A stretch of 64,000 nt of DNA, from positions 400,511-464,510 of the forward strand of contig JBGPIA010000002.1 of NCBI GenBank assembly GCA_041484665.1, given 5' to 3'. Below the pieces are notes generated by a model. The model made no database searches. It was not told the DNA's origin and worked only from the letters and a program-made list of their open reading frames with translations. Every line of letters starts with the position of its first letter. Positions within the stretch are counted from its first letter, which is position 1. The position numbers were made by a program, and so were the translations under genes. Shown here piece after piece: positions 21,278 through 39,300 of the stretch. The DNA comes from Candidatus Krumholzibacteriia bacterium. GTDB lineage: Bacteria > Krumholzibacteriota > Krumholzibacteriia > JAJRXK01.

Positions 21278-22944
21278 CGCGGGGCGCGTGACGGCATCGG
21301 GAAGTGCAGGCCCTTCCCCTGCGCAAAGCGGCACGCTTCGTCGTAGCCGGCATCGTAGTGGCGCGCCACGCCCATGAGCGGATCGGTCGTGAGCACCCGC
21401 TGCAGGCGCAGCGCGGCCTGCGGCGTCCCATCGGCCACGATCACCTGGCCGGCGTGGATCGAGAGCCCCATTCCCACGCCGCCGCCGTGATGCACCGACA
21501 CCCAGCTCGCTCCGTTCACCGCGTTGATCAGCGCGTTGAGGATGGGCCAGTCGGCTACCGCATCACTGCCGTCGAGCATCCCCTCGGTCTCGCGGTAGGG
21601 GCTGGCCACCGAGCCGCTGTCGAGGTGGTCGCGCCCGATCACGATCGGGGCGTTCACCTTGCCCGTACGCACCAGCTCGTTGAAGCCGAGCCCTGCTCGC
21701 GCCCGCTGCCCGTAGCCCAGCCAGCAGATCCGCGCGGGCAACCCCTGGAAGGCCACCTGGCGCGCGGCCAGCTCGATCCAGCGGCGCAGGTGCGGCTCCT
21801 CGCTGCCAAACATCTCCAGGATCATGGCGTCGGTGGCCGCGATGTCGGCAGCATCCCCACTCAGGGCCACCCAGCGGAACGGGCCCTTGCCCTCGCAGAA
21901 CAGCGGCCGGATGTACGCTGGAACGAACCCGGGGTAGGCGAACGCGTCAGCGAACCCGGCGTCGCGCGCCATGCCACGCAGGTTGTTTCCGTAGTCGAAC
22001 ACCGTGCTGCCCGCGCGCAAGAGCCCCACCATGGCCTCACAATGCTCGCGCATGGCGCGCATGGCCTCCTGCGTGGAGCGCGCAGGGTCGTCCTGGCGCA
22101 GCCGCAGCGCCTGGTCGAGCGTCATGCGATTGGGGACGTAGCCGTGCAGCGGGTCGTGGGCGCTGGTCTGGTCGGTGACGACGTCGATGGCCTCACCGCG
22201 GCGAAGCAGCTGCGGCAGGATGTCGGCGGCGTTGCCCAGCAGGCCCACCGAGTACGGTCGCTGCTGGGCGCAGGCCTGGCGACAGCGGCGCAGCGCCTCG
22301 TCGAGGTCCGTGCACGAGTCCATCAAGTAACGGGTCTGCAGCCGGCGCTCGATCCGATGCGGGTCTACCTCCACGCACAGGCAGACCCCCTCGTTCATGG
22401 TCACCGCCAGCGGCTGAGCGCCACCCATTCCGCCCAGGCCGGCTGTCACCACCAGCCTGCCCCGCAGGTCTTCCCACCCCTGCTTGCGCGCCAGAGCCGC
22501 GAGGGTCTCGTAGGTGCCTTGCAGGATTCCCTGGGTGCCGATGTAGATCCAGCTGCCGGCCGTCATCTGCCCGTACATCATGAGGCCCTGCCGGTCGAGG
22601 GCGTCGAAGTGCTCCCAGGTGGCCCAGCGCGGCACGAGCAGGCTGTTGGCCAATAGCACCCGCGGCGCGTCGGGATGGCTCGGCATGACCGCCACGGGCT
22701 TGCCGCTCTGCACCAGCAGCGTGTGCTCGTCGTCGAGCTGCCGCAGCTCGTGCAGGATGGCGTGAAACGCCTCCCAGCTGCGCGCCGCCTTGCCCCGCCC
22801 GCCGTACACCACCAGCTCGTCGGGCCGTTCGGCCACGTCGGGGTCGAGGTTGTTCTGGATCATCCGGTAGGCCGCTTCCTGCACCCAACCCCTGCAGGTG
22901 AGCGCCCCGCCACGCGGCGCGCGGACCGGCTGCGCCTTCGCCAT
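21274..22944 (-). CDS. hutU: Urocanate hydratase HutU
   Basis: ATG after an AGGAGG Shine-Dalgarno motif ([13 protein letters not shown]…); diagnostic urocanase blocks ([31 protein letters not shown]). Confidence 0.9.
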   Translation of the reverse strand: MAKAQPVRAPRGGALTCRGWVQEAAYRMIQNNLDPDVAERPDELVVYGGRGKAARSWEAFHAILHELRQLDDEHTLLVQSGKPVAVMPSHPDAPRVLLANSLLVPRWATWEHFDALDRQGLMMYGQMTAGSWIYIGTQGILQGTYETLAALARKQGWEDLRGRLVVTAGLGGMGGAQPLAVTMNEGVCLCVEVDPHRIERRLQTRYLMDSCTDLDEALRRCRQACAQQRPYSVGLLGNAADILPQLLRRGEAIDVVTDQTSAHDPLHGYVPNRMTLDQALRLRQDDPARSTQEAMRAMREHCEAMVGLLRAGSTVFDYGNNLRGMARDAGFADAFAYPGFVPAYIRPLFCEGKGPFRWVALSGDAADIAATDAMILEMFGSEEPHLRRWIELAARQVAFQGLPARICWLGYGQRARAGLGFNELVRTGKVNAPIVIGRDHLDSGSVASPYRETEGMLDGSDAVADWPILNALINAVNGASWVSVHHGGGVGMGLSIHAGQVIVADGTPQAALRLQRVLTTDPLMGVARHYDAGYDEACRFAQGKGLHFPMPSRAPR

Positions 22945-23221
22945 GGTCGCCTCCTGGGTCAGGCAGCGGCGCGCGAGCGCGCGGACGCCGCGGGACCTAC
23001 GGCGGCGCCGGGGCGCGCCGCCTGCTTCCGAGTCCGGAAGATAGCCCCTCACCCCGACCGTGGACAGGCCCAGGTGCGAGCTTGGAGGAGACACAAAGAC
23101 GTGGTGCTGCTATACTTTTATTGCTGCTCGGTCGCTGACTCCCACCCCACGTGCTCGTAGCAGCGCCAACCCCCGACGCCGGATCGAACCACCCCCCAGC
23201 AGCTCATGCGAGCTGCCAGGT

Positions 23222-25135
23222 ATGCATTCCAGCGCGCAGGGGCAAGCGCTGCCGGAGCACGGCACGCTTGCGCACGCTCGCCAACGCGGGCGACATCGCA
23301 GGGTGCGCAGCGCGCGGCGCCGCGAGCGCCGGCTGCTGGCCGCGCTCCTTGCGTCGCTGCTCGCTGCCGCATGCCAGCAAACGCCCGGACAGAATGTGCC
23401 GGCAGGAGCGCCGGCGCGCGCGGCCGCTCTCGACGGCCGCAGCAACCTCTTGCTGATCACGGTGGATACCGTACGGCCGGATTACCTGCAGTGCTACGGC
23501 CGCGCCGGCGCGCACACCCCCGCCTCCAACCTGCTGGCCGCCCACGGCGTGGTCTTTGAGAACGCCTTCACTCCGTACCCGCTCACGTTGCCGGCGCACG
23601 CGAGCATGTTGACCGGCCGTGCGCCCTTCGAGCACGGGCTGCGCAACAATGCGCCGCCCGATGGCCCCGACAGCCTGGAGACGGTGGCGGTGATCCTCAA
23701 GCGACACGGCTACGCCACCGCCGCCGTGGTGAGCACGTTCATCCTCGACCACCGGTTTGGCCTCGCCCGCGGGTTCGATCAATACGACGACGACCTGCGG
23801 GCCACGGCCGGCGCGGAGAGCGGCCGGCGCGTGCAACGGCGTGCGGCCGAGACCACCGACTTGGCGCTGGCCGCCCTGGCCGCGCTAGGCGAGGAACCGT
23901 TCCTGCTGTGGGTGCACTACTTCGACGCCCACGCTCCCTACGATCCGCCGCCGCCGTACGTAGGGCAGGGCTACGCCGGCGAGATCGCCACGATGGAGGA
24001 CGGGATCGTCCGCCTGCTGCGCGGCTTGCAAGAGCGCGGGCTGTGGGAGCGCACGGGCATCGTCCTGGCGGGCGATCACGGCGAGGCATTCGGCGAGCAT
24101 GGCGAGCAGCAGCACGGCTTCTTCGTCTACGACACGACCCTGCGGGTGCCGCTGCTCCTCAAGCCTCCGGGGCACGACGCGGCGGCGCAGCGCGTGGCGG
24201 AGCCGGCCTGCCTGATCGACATCGCGCCCACCTTGCTGGCATGGGCGGGAGCGAGCGAGCGGCCCGCGGGCCCCTGCGTGGAGCTGCTGGAGCTGGCGCG
24301 GGGCGCGCGGGCCCCGGCCCGGGCGCTCTACGCCGAATCCCTCGTGCCGTTCTTCAACCACGGCGCGGCGCCCTTGGCCTGCATCCGCAGCGGCGGATGG
24401 AAGTACATCACGGCGCCCGAACCCGAGCTCTACGCGCTCGAGCAGGATCCGCAGGAGGCCGTCAACCAGCTGTCCCTGCAACCTGCGCGGTCGGCTCAGT
24501 TGCGCGCGCTGCTGGACGCGCTGCACGCCCTGGACCACGTGCCCCCCGCGATCGCTTCACCGTCGGGCCGGATGGATGCGCAGATGCGCGAAGGGCTGGC
24601 CGCACTGGGCTATGTATCACCGGGCGAGATCGACGGCGGGTCCGTCCGCAGCGATCCCAAGCGGGTGCTGCGGGCGCTGCGCTGCATCGAGGATGGGGAC
24701 CGGGCGCTGGGGCGCTTGGACTACGATCAGGCGCAAGACGCCTACCGCCAGGCGCTCGAGTCGGACCCCCGCAACTGGAAGGCCACGTGGAAGCTGGGCG
24801 ACCTGTTGATCGACACGGGTGACCTGCGCGGGGCGGAACGGGTCTACCGCGCGGCACTGGGCCGCGACGCGAGCAATTTGAACGTCGACCTGCGCCTGGC
24901 GGGCGTGGTCTACGACCTCGGGCGGCCCGACGAGGCCCTCGCGCTGTGCGACAGCGTGCTGTCGCACCGGCCCGGCCACCTGGAGGCACGTACGATGCGC
25001 GCGGTGGCCCTCTGCTCGCTGGGCCAGCGGAGGCAGGCCCGCGTCGACCTCGAGGCCGTGCTGCGGGACGATCCGCAGAATCAGCTCGCCCGGATGTGGC
25101 TGCACCGGTTGTTCGACGCGGACAGCACTGAGTGA
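23222..25135 (+). CDS. Alkaline-phosphatase-superfamily (sulfatase-like, Thr-nucleophile type) enzyme fused to C-terminal TPR repeats; secreted or lipoprotein
   Basis: Signal peptide …LLAALLASLLAAAC; LLLITVDTVRPDYL (metal/nucleophile motif, no CxPxR formylglycine site); HYFDAHAPY; C-terminal TPRs. One of only two plus-strand genes. Confidence 0.65.
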   Translation: MHSSAQGQALPEHGTLAHARQRGRHRRVRSARRRERRLLAALLASLLAAACQQTPGQNVPAGAPARAAALDGRSNLLLITVDTVRPDYLQCYGRAGAHTPASNLLAAHGVVFENAFTPYPLTLPAHASMLTGRAPFEHGLRNNAPPDGPDSLETVAVILKRHGYATAAVVSTFILDHRFGLARGFDQYDDDLRATAGAESGRRVQRRAAETTDLALAALAALGEEPFLLWVHYFDAHAPYDPPPPYVGQGYAGEIATMEDGIVRLLRGLQERGLWERTGIVLAGDHGEAFGEHGEQQHGFFVYDTTLRVPLLLKPPGHDAAAQRVAEPACLIDIAPTLLAWAGASERPAGPCVELLELARGARAPARALYAESLVPFFNHGAAPLACIRSGGWKYITAPEPELYALEQDPQEAVNQLSLQPARSAQLRALLDALHALDHVPPAIASPSGRMDAQMREGLAALGYVSPGEIDGGSVRSDPKRVLRALRCIEDGDRALGRLDYDQAQDAYRQALESDPRNWKATWKLGDLLIDTGDLRGAERVYRAALGRDASNLNVDLRLAGVVYDLGRPDEALALCDSVLSHRPGHLEARTMRAVALCSLGQRRQARVDLEAVLRDDPQNQLARMWLHRLFDADSTE

Positions 25136-25163
25136 CCAAGCCTAGGCCGGCGCCGCGGCGAGC

Positions 25164-30058
<4,895 letters not shown>

Positions 30059-31216
30059 TCAGCGCGTCCTCGACCACATGAGCAGGATCAAGAGGCCTAC
30101 GCCCGCCAGGACGAGCAGCGCGCGCAGCGGCGCCGGCAGCTGGCCGAAGGCGCCACCGACTCCCGTTCTGCGCATGGGCGGGACGCCCGCCGTGACCGCC
30201 TCCCGCGCCGCCACGAGCGCCTCCAGCATCTCCTGGGCTTCGGCGTAGCGCTGCGCCGGATCGAGACTGATCGCCCGGTCGATCACCGACGTGAACACCT
30301 CCGGCAGCTCCGGGCGCAGCTGACCCAGCCGCGTGGACTCGCCCCTGGCGTGCGCCTCGCGCAACTGGCGGACCATGGGACCCTTCACCGGGAAATTGCC
30401 CGTCACGCAATTGAAGAGCAAGACGCCCAGCGAGTAGATGTCCGTGCACGGTGAAGGCTCCCCGCCGCACAGCAGCTCGGGCGCCATGTATTGCGGCGCG
30501 CCGGACAACGCGATCTCCCGGTCGGTGCGCCCCGGCCCGCCCTGCGGCGCGGTGCTGACGTCCATGAGCACCGCGCGCCCCTGCGGCTGCAGCATGACGT
30601 TGCGTGTCTTGACGTCCTTGTGCACCAGCCCCGCCGCGTGCACGGCCGTCAGCGCCGAGCACGCGTCGATGCCCACCTGCAGCGTCCCCATCACGCCGAG
30701 CGACCCCTTGTCGCGCAGCTGCTCGGCGAGGCTGCGCCCCTCGACCACCTCCATGAGCAGGCCCACGCGGCCCTGATGCTCCTCGACGCCCAGCACGGGC
30801 AGCAGACACGGATGCACAAGCCCGGCCAGCCGTGGACCCAACGCTCGTGCAGCCTCGGCGCGGGCCTGCGCGAGCTGGCTCCCGGCGACCGACGCGCTGC
30901 GCAACAGCTTGAGCACGACCACGCGGTCGGCGCGCGAGTCATGCGCGAACCACACCACCCCAGCCGGACCCTCCCCGATCTCCTCCACCAGCGAGAACGG
31001 GCCCCAGCGCTTGAGGCCCTTCTCATCGGCGGAGGCGGTGTGCGCCGACCCCTCCCGGCGCTGGCGCGCGGCGGCGCGGCGGGTGCGCAGCTTCGCTTCG
31101 AACTCTGGGTCCAGCGCGATATAGGCGGGCTCGTCGCCGAGCGCGGGAGGGTCGGCCCCCGGGTCGGCTGCCGCCGGCGGCTGCGAGATGCGCGGGCTCG
31201 GCTGGTCGTCCTGCAC
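30059..31216 (-). CDS. Hanks-type Ser/Thr protein kinase with a C-terminal transmembrane anchor
   Basis: GTG start 8 nt after the gcvP stop. Gly-loop IGEGPAGVV, VVLK Lys, catalytic HKDVKTRN, APE motif YMAPELL. The DFG motif is replaced by DVS. C-terminal transmembrane segment LLVLAGVGLLILLMW. Confidence 0.75.
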   Translation of the reverse strand: MQDDQPSPRISQPPAAADPGADPPALGDEPAYIALDPEFEAKLRTRRAAARQRREGSAHTASADEKGLKRWGPFSLVEEIGEGPAGVVWFAHDSRADRVVVLKLLRSASVAGSQLAQARAEAARALGPRLAGLVHPCLLPVLGVEEHQGRVGLLMEVVEGRSLAEQLRDKGSLGVMGTLQVGIDACSALTAVHAAGLVHKDVKTRNVMLQPQGRAVLMDVSTAPQGGPGRTDREIALSGAPQYMAPELLCGGEPSPCTDIYSLGVLLFNCVTGNFPVKGPMVRQLREAHARGESTRLGQLRPELPEVFTSVIDRAISLDPAQRYAEAQEMLEALVAAREAVTAGVPPMRRTGVGGAFGQLPAPLRALLVLAGVGLLILLMWSRTR

Positions 31217-31224
31217 GGCCGACC

Positions 31225-34137
<2,913 letters not shown>

Positions 34138-34355
34138 GGGAGAACGATCCTCACGGAAATGGACTGCGCGGGCAGCGGTCACGGGGGACCCGAACGAGCC
34201 CGAGGAACGCGGCGTCGCCATGCGGCGCCTGGCCGATGGGTGCCGTGCCGCCACGGGGCTGCCCATAGTAACGGACATTCCAGGCCCCGGGCCAAGGCGA
34301 ACTTGCGCACCGCAGAGCACGGCCAAAGTCTACGTGCAATGCCCTTTCCCGACGC

Positions 34356-36338
34356 TCAGAAGTCCTGGGTCAGCGCGATGTGTGCCTTACCCGTATCGAA
34401 GCTGACGCTGCCGCTGAAACCCACGCTCAGGTCGATGCGACCCGCGCGGCTGGTCACGCGCATGCCCAGGCCGAACCCATGCAGCCAGCGGTCGCGGGTG
34501 AAGAGCCCCGCCGGGACTGCGTCGGCCGTCTCGCGCACCCACCCCAGGTCGTAGAACGCATACCCCTGGCTGCCCCGTACGGCGCCGACCACCAGCTCGC
34601 CCCCCCCGTACGCCACGCGCTCGCCGTGGAACTGCTCCTCGCGATAGCCGCGCACGGTCGTGGCTCCTCCCACATACCATTGCTCGCTGGGCGGCAGCGG
34701 TAGCCGCTCCCCCGCCGTCGACTGCCACGTGCCGCGCGCCTCGAGCGCCCAGCGCGCCGCCAGCGCGTAGCCCAGCGAGGCGCGAGCGTCGACCATCGTC
34801 TGCGACTCGCTGAACGCGCTGGTGGGCGCGCTGGGATCCAACGGTGCGGAGCTGGCGCTCTCACGCACGCGTGCCCCCTCCAAGCGCGTGGACAGCGATC
34901 CGTAGGCGCCGCCGGCGGGGCCGCGGCGGCCGGTAAGCCCCACCAGAGCGTTGAGGCGCTGGCGCGAGCGCGTGCGGGCTCCAGCCCCCTCGAAGGTCGT
35001 GCGGTCCGCACCCGCTCCCAACTCCAGGTTGAGACGCCCCGTCCAGGGCAGGCGCAGACCCAGGTCTCCCAGCACGGTGTCGAAGACGTTCTGCTGGTGA
35101 CGCTGCCCGATCGCCATGCGCAGGTCCAGGGGCATTCCCAAGAGCAGCGGCTCCAGATACGAGATGTCCAGCCGACGGCGGCCCGCAGCATTGTCGAGCC
35201 AGCTGGTGCGCAGCTGGCGGGCGGTGCCAAAGAGATCCAGCAGGGCGAGGTCGACCGAGCCGGTGAGCTTGGTGCCGGCCTGCTGCGCCTCGCGCACGAG
35301 CCCCAAAGCCGCGGAGACGCGCCCCGTGGTGGGCGCCTGCTGCACGCGCACGCGCAGATCCACCTGCGCGCCGGCGCCGTCGTGCGCGACGGGCGCAATC
35401 TCATCGACGGCGACGACCACCTCGCGCGCGAGGAGCCGTCCGGCCGCAGCCTCAAGCATGGACTCGCGGAAGCGCCCGCCCGGCTTGATCCCCGTCATGC
35501 GCTGCAGCACATCCGGGCGGGTGTGTGTGGCTCCCAGCACCGTGACGCTCGAGACCGCGGCCGAGGGTCCGCAGTACAGCCAGAGCGTGAGCGACACCGC
35601 CCCGGCGCGCTCGTCGCTGGCCAGATCGCGGATCGACACGTTGGCGAACGGATGTCCGCGCTCGGCCAGCGCACGCAAGCCGCGGGCGAGCTGCTCGGCC
35701 CAGCGGCCTGGACGAAAGTCCACGCCCGCCATGAGCTCGGCGCCGCGGACGAAGTCGCGCGCAAGCAGGCTGTCGGCGCCTTCGACGTGCAGCGCGGCGA
35801 TCCGCGCGCGGGGGCCCGGCTCCAGGCGCAGCGTGTCTCCCTGCGCCGCAACGCCGACGCGCGCCCAGAGATAACCCGCCTCCCGCAGCCCGGCGTAGAC
35901 CGCGCGGGCCGCGTCCTCAGAGGAGGCCGCGCGGGCGAGACTCCCCGCCGGCTGCGCGGACAGAGCCTGCTTGGCGATCGCGACCGCCTCGGGCGGTCCC
36001 AGCAAGTGCGCGATCCACTGCGTAGGCCGCGCCAAGGCCGCCTGAGGCGATGCCAGAGGCGCCGGCGTGGTGGTCGCGCCCGGCGTCGACGTCGCGAGCG
36101 GGGCGGCCTCCGCCCCTGGGGTGGTTGCTGCGGGCGCCATGGCAGCCACGAGAGACGGCGCGAGCAGCGCCGCGCAGAGGCCCAACCCCGCACTCAGGGC
36201 AACGGCGAGCGGGCCGACCGCGCCCACGCCGGCGCGGCCCGCGGCGACCCGCTGGCGCCGGGCGCGCAACGGTGGTGTGCGGCGCGGCGTTGGCGCGGCG
36301 GCCGTGGGTCCGCACAGGGGCACGCTAAGGCGGTGCAT
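34356..36338 (-). CDS. Omp85-family outer-membrane transporter (BamA/TamA-like; bacterial surface antigen domain)
   Basis: ATG after an AGGAGAGG Shine-Dalgarno motif, 11 nt after the upstream gene's stop. Long signal peptide, POTRA-like region, C-terminal barrel with YVGGATTVRGYREEQFHGERVAYGGGEL and terminal …HIALTQDF. Confidence 0.65.
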   Translation of the reverse strand: MHRLSVPLCGPTAAAPTPRRTPPLRARRQRVAAGRAGVGAVGPLAVALSAGLGLCAALLAPSLVAAMAPAATTPGAEAAPLATSTPGATTTPAPLASPQAALARPTQWIAHLLGPPEAVAIAKQALSAQPAGSLARAASSEDAARAVYAGLREAGYLWARVGVAAQGDTLRLEPGPRARIAALHVEGADSLLARDFVRGAELMAGVDFRPGRWAEQLARGLRALAERGHPFANVSIRDLASDERAGAVSLTLWLYCGPSAAVSSVTVLGATHTRPDVLQRMTGIKPGGRFRESMLEAAAGRLLAREVVVAVDEIAPVAHDGAGAQVDLRVRVQQAPTTGRVSAALGLVREAQQAGTKLTGSVDLALLDLFGTARQLRTSWLDNAAGRRRLDISYLEPLLLGMPLDLRMAIGQRHQQNVFDTVLGDLGLRLPWTGRLNLELGAGADRTTFEGAGARTRSRQRLNALVGLTGRRGPAGGAYGSLSTRLEGARVRESASSAPLDPSAPTSAFSESQTMVDARASLGYALAARWALEARGTWQSTAGERLPLPPSEQWYVGGATTVRGYREEQFHGERVAYGGGELVVGAVRGSQGYAFYDLGWVRETADAVPAGLFTRDRWLHGFGLGMRVTSRAGRIDLSVGFSGSVSFDTGKAHIALTQDF

Positions 36339-36349
36339 CGAACCTCTCC

Positions 36350-39300
36350 TCAGAAACGCGCCCGCGTCTCGACGGCGAGATCGTGGCGCAGCGGGCGCTG
36401 TGGCTCGTCGCGGACCTGGTAGCGCAGGCTGACGGTGATCAGTCCGCTGCCGCCCCACTGCGCGAGCAGGCTGGCGCGGCGAGACGGCCCCGGCCGATCG
36501 AAGAAGTACGGCCGCGGCTGCCCGTTGCCACCGCCCTCGTTGACGCTGGCCAGGCGCAGCTCGGCGGTCCATCGCCCATGCAGCAGATCGGTCGTGCCAC
36601 CGGGAACCACCTCGAGCACGGTCTGGTGGAGCGCGCTGGCGTCGTCGGCGCGCCGCGTCGCGCGCAGCTCCAGGCTGGTGCGGGCGCGGGGCGTCGGCCG
36701 ATAGCGCGTGGTCAGCCCGGCGGTGCGGTCGAGGACGTGGTAGCCCTGCGCCAGCGGATCGCCCACGATCCCCGTGTCGCGCGTGCGCAGCTCGTCGCCG
36801 GCGTCCAGGCGCAGCGACCAGCCGCGCGCCACCTCGCTCTCCAGCCGCGCGTTGCGCAGGCGGTGATCGGACGACTCGGGCGCGTTGGCGTAGCGGCGAT
36901 CGAGCCGAACGCTGGTGTCGTAGATCAGCCCCAACTCCGCGTTGCGCAGCGACCGGAGCAGCACGAGCTCCTGGCGGAGGCGCTGCTCGCCGAAGATGGT
37001 GGTCCCCGCGTTACGCAGCACGCGCGGCCGCAGCAGCAATACGTCGCCTACATTGCCGCTGGTATTGCGCTCCTGCACCTGGAACAGCGTGTGGCTGGAC
37101 AGCCCGCCCAGCACGCGCGCGGGCGGCGTGACGTCGAGCTTGGTGATGAGCTCGACGTCGGTCGCAGCCACGAGACTGTCCGATGGGAGGAAGACGACGT
37201 TGTAGTCTCCCTGCCGCTTGCCCACCGGGTTGCCCTCGGCGTCGTAGTCGCCCTGCTTCTCGCCCACGAAGACGATCTGCCGTTGCAGCGCGCGCGAGCG
37301 GTCGGTGCCCGCGCGGTACTCCAGATCGGCGCCGACCGAGGCATCGGACGGACGGCGTGAGGCGGTCAGTCGCCCCAGTCGCGTGGTCTCGCGCTGTCCG
37401 CCGGGCAGTCGCGCGTCGCGCCAGGTCCCCTCCAGCGTGATGCGCCCGGGCTGCGCGCCTCCGGTGAGGTCGCCGCGCCACTCGCGCACGTCGCCGGCGA
37501 ACCGCCAGATCGCGCCCTCGGCGCCCAGGCTGTCCGCCAGCCGCCGCCGGAACTCGCCGCCGGCCGCCAGCGTCGCCTGCGCGCGCGTGCGCACGCCGGC
37601 CGCCCACTCGTCGAAGCGGTAGCCGCGCCGCTGGTTTGCGGGGCCGTCGGTGAAGTGCTGGTCCTTCCAGCGCAGGTGCGGGACCACAGGTGACGCCTCC
37701 CACGACAGCTGCGCGGCCCGGTCGCGCCGGAAGCTGTCGGGCTGGTCGGGACGCGACGCCGTCGTGAAGGAGAGCGCTTCGCTGAGCCCGAGCGGGCCCA
37801 GCAGCCTCCCCTGCGCCTCGTGGGCGATGCGTGCGCCGTCGTAGTTCCCGCTGCGGTGCAGCCGCTCCAGCGAGAGCGACCCGGTACGCTGCGGCGCCCG
37901 TGCCTCCAGCTGCAGCTGCTCGTGTCCCTCGCGCGTCAGGCGCGTCTCGCCTTGCAGATTCCACGGCTCGTAGAAGAAGGGACCCCGAACGCGGCCAGTC
38001 TCGTAGAAGCGCCCGCCGATGGCCTCCGCCAGGGCGCTGGCGCGCACCCCCGTCCCCTCGCGCCCGCCCCACAGCCAGGGCGTGGCGCCCGCCGCCCGCC
38101 ATGCCAGGTCGTCGTTGTTGCCGTCGCCGACGGGGCTGATCACGTTCTCATCGCGCTCGGTGGCGTTGAGCTCCAGGCGTGCCCACGAGCCGTGCCCCTG
38201 GTCGCCCACGTCCAGCGACGCCACCGCCGCGCGCGTGCGCGCTGGCAGCGGTAGCCTCCGGCCGACCACGTAGTCGCCCTGCGCGGCCCCAACGTGCTTG
38301 AACTCGCGCACGCCGGTCTCGCTGAGGCGGTCGAGGATGTAGTCGCCCTGCCCCGTGCCCACGCGCAGGAACGCGACACTGTAATGCCCGCCGATCGCCC
38401 CGACGAAGACGAAGATCGTGTCGCCCGGAGCCGTTGCGAGCTTGTCGTATTGCCCGGTGGAGTCGGTGGCGGCGGTCACACCGTTGCCCACGGCGAGCGC
38501 CGGGTCATCGCCCGCCGCCGTCAGCCGCGCGCGGTCCTGCTCGCTCAGCTCCCCCTGGCTCGGGCGGTCGGGGTCGTCGCCCTCGCTGAGCCAGCCCAGG
38601 CGCAGGCGCGCGATTCCCAAGCGCACCGAGTCGGCGATCGCCGCCACCACCTGGCGGGAGTAGCCCGTACGGCTGGTCTCGAAATCGATGGCGATGAGGC
38701 TTTCGGGGCCGATCGGGCGGCGCTCGGTGAAGCTGATCGTCCCCCGCACGTAGTCGATGCTGTAGTCGTTGGTCTCACCGCGGCGCATCAGCTCGCCTGC
38801 GACCCACACGCGCTCGCTGCCGGCAATGATGAAGCTCTCGTCCTGGCGTTGCGGATCGAGGAGCTCGTAGGGGCCCTGGACGCCTTCACGGCCGCGCAGC
38901 TCCACCTGCGCGCGCGTTCCGCGCGGCGACCCGCCCAGGAGCGCCGCGCTGCCGCGCCCGCTGCGGCCGCGCAGGGCCAGCCCCTGGAGCTTGCGCTGGT
39001 ACGGCAGGAATGCCCCCAACGGTTGGTCGATCGCGAAATCGCCCAGCAGCGCTCCGCCGCGGCGCCCGTACAGCTCGATGCGCACCTGGTCGAGGTCCCT
39101 GAGCTCCTCGGTGTTGCCCTCAGGCGTGATGGGAAGGTTCTGGTCGCTGATCTCCGCGCGCAGCCAGATTCCCTCGGCGATCCGCCCGGTCGCCGACAGC
39201 TGCAGCGCCTGGTCCACGGTGGCATCGCGGTTGGTGCCGCCCTGGACCGACACGGTCTTGCTGCCGCGCACGACCAGGTCGTCCTGCTCGGGTCCCGCGC

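Noticed and set aside
34138-34355. Glycine riboswitch upstream of gcvP
   Set aside because: The manual scan did not find the conserved GGAGAG / ACCGAAGG(G/A)GCAA / CTCAGGCAAAAGGAC landmarks. It is left as unverified pending a covariance-model search.
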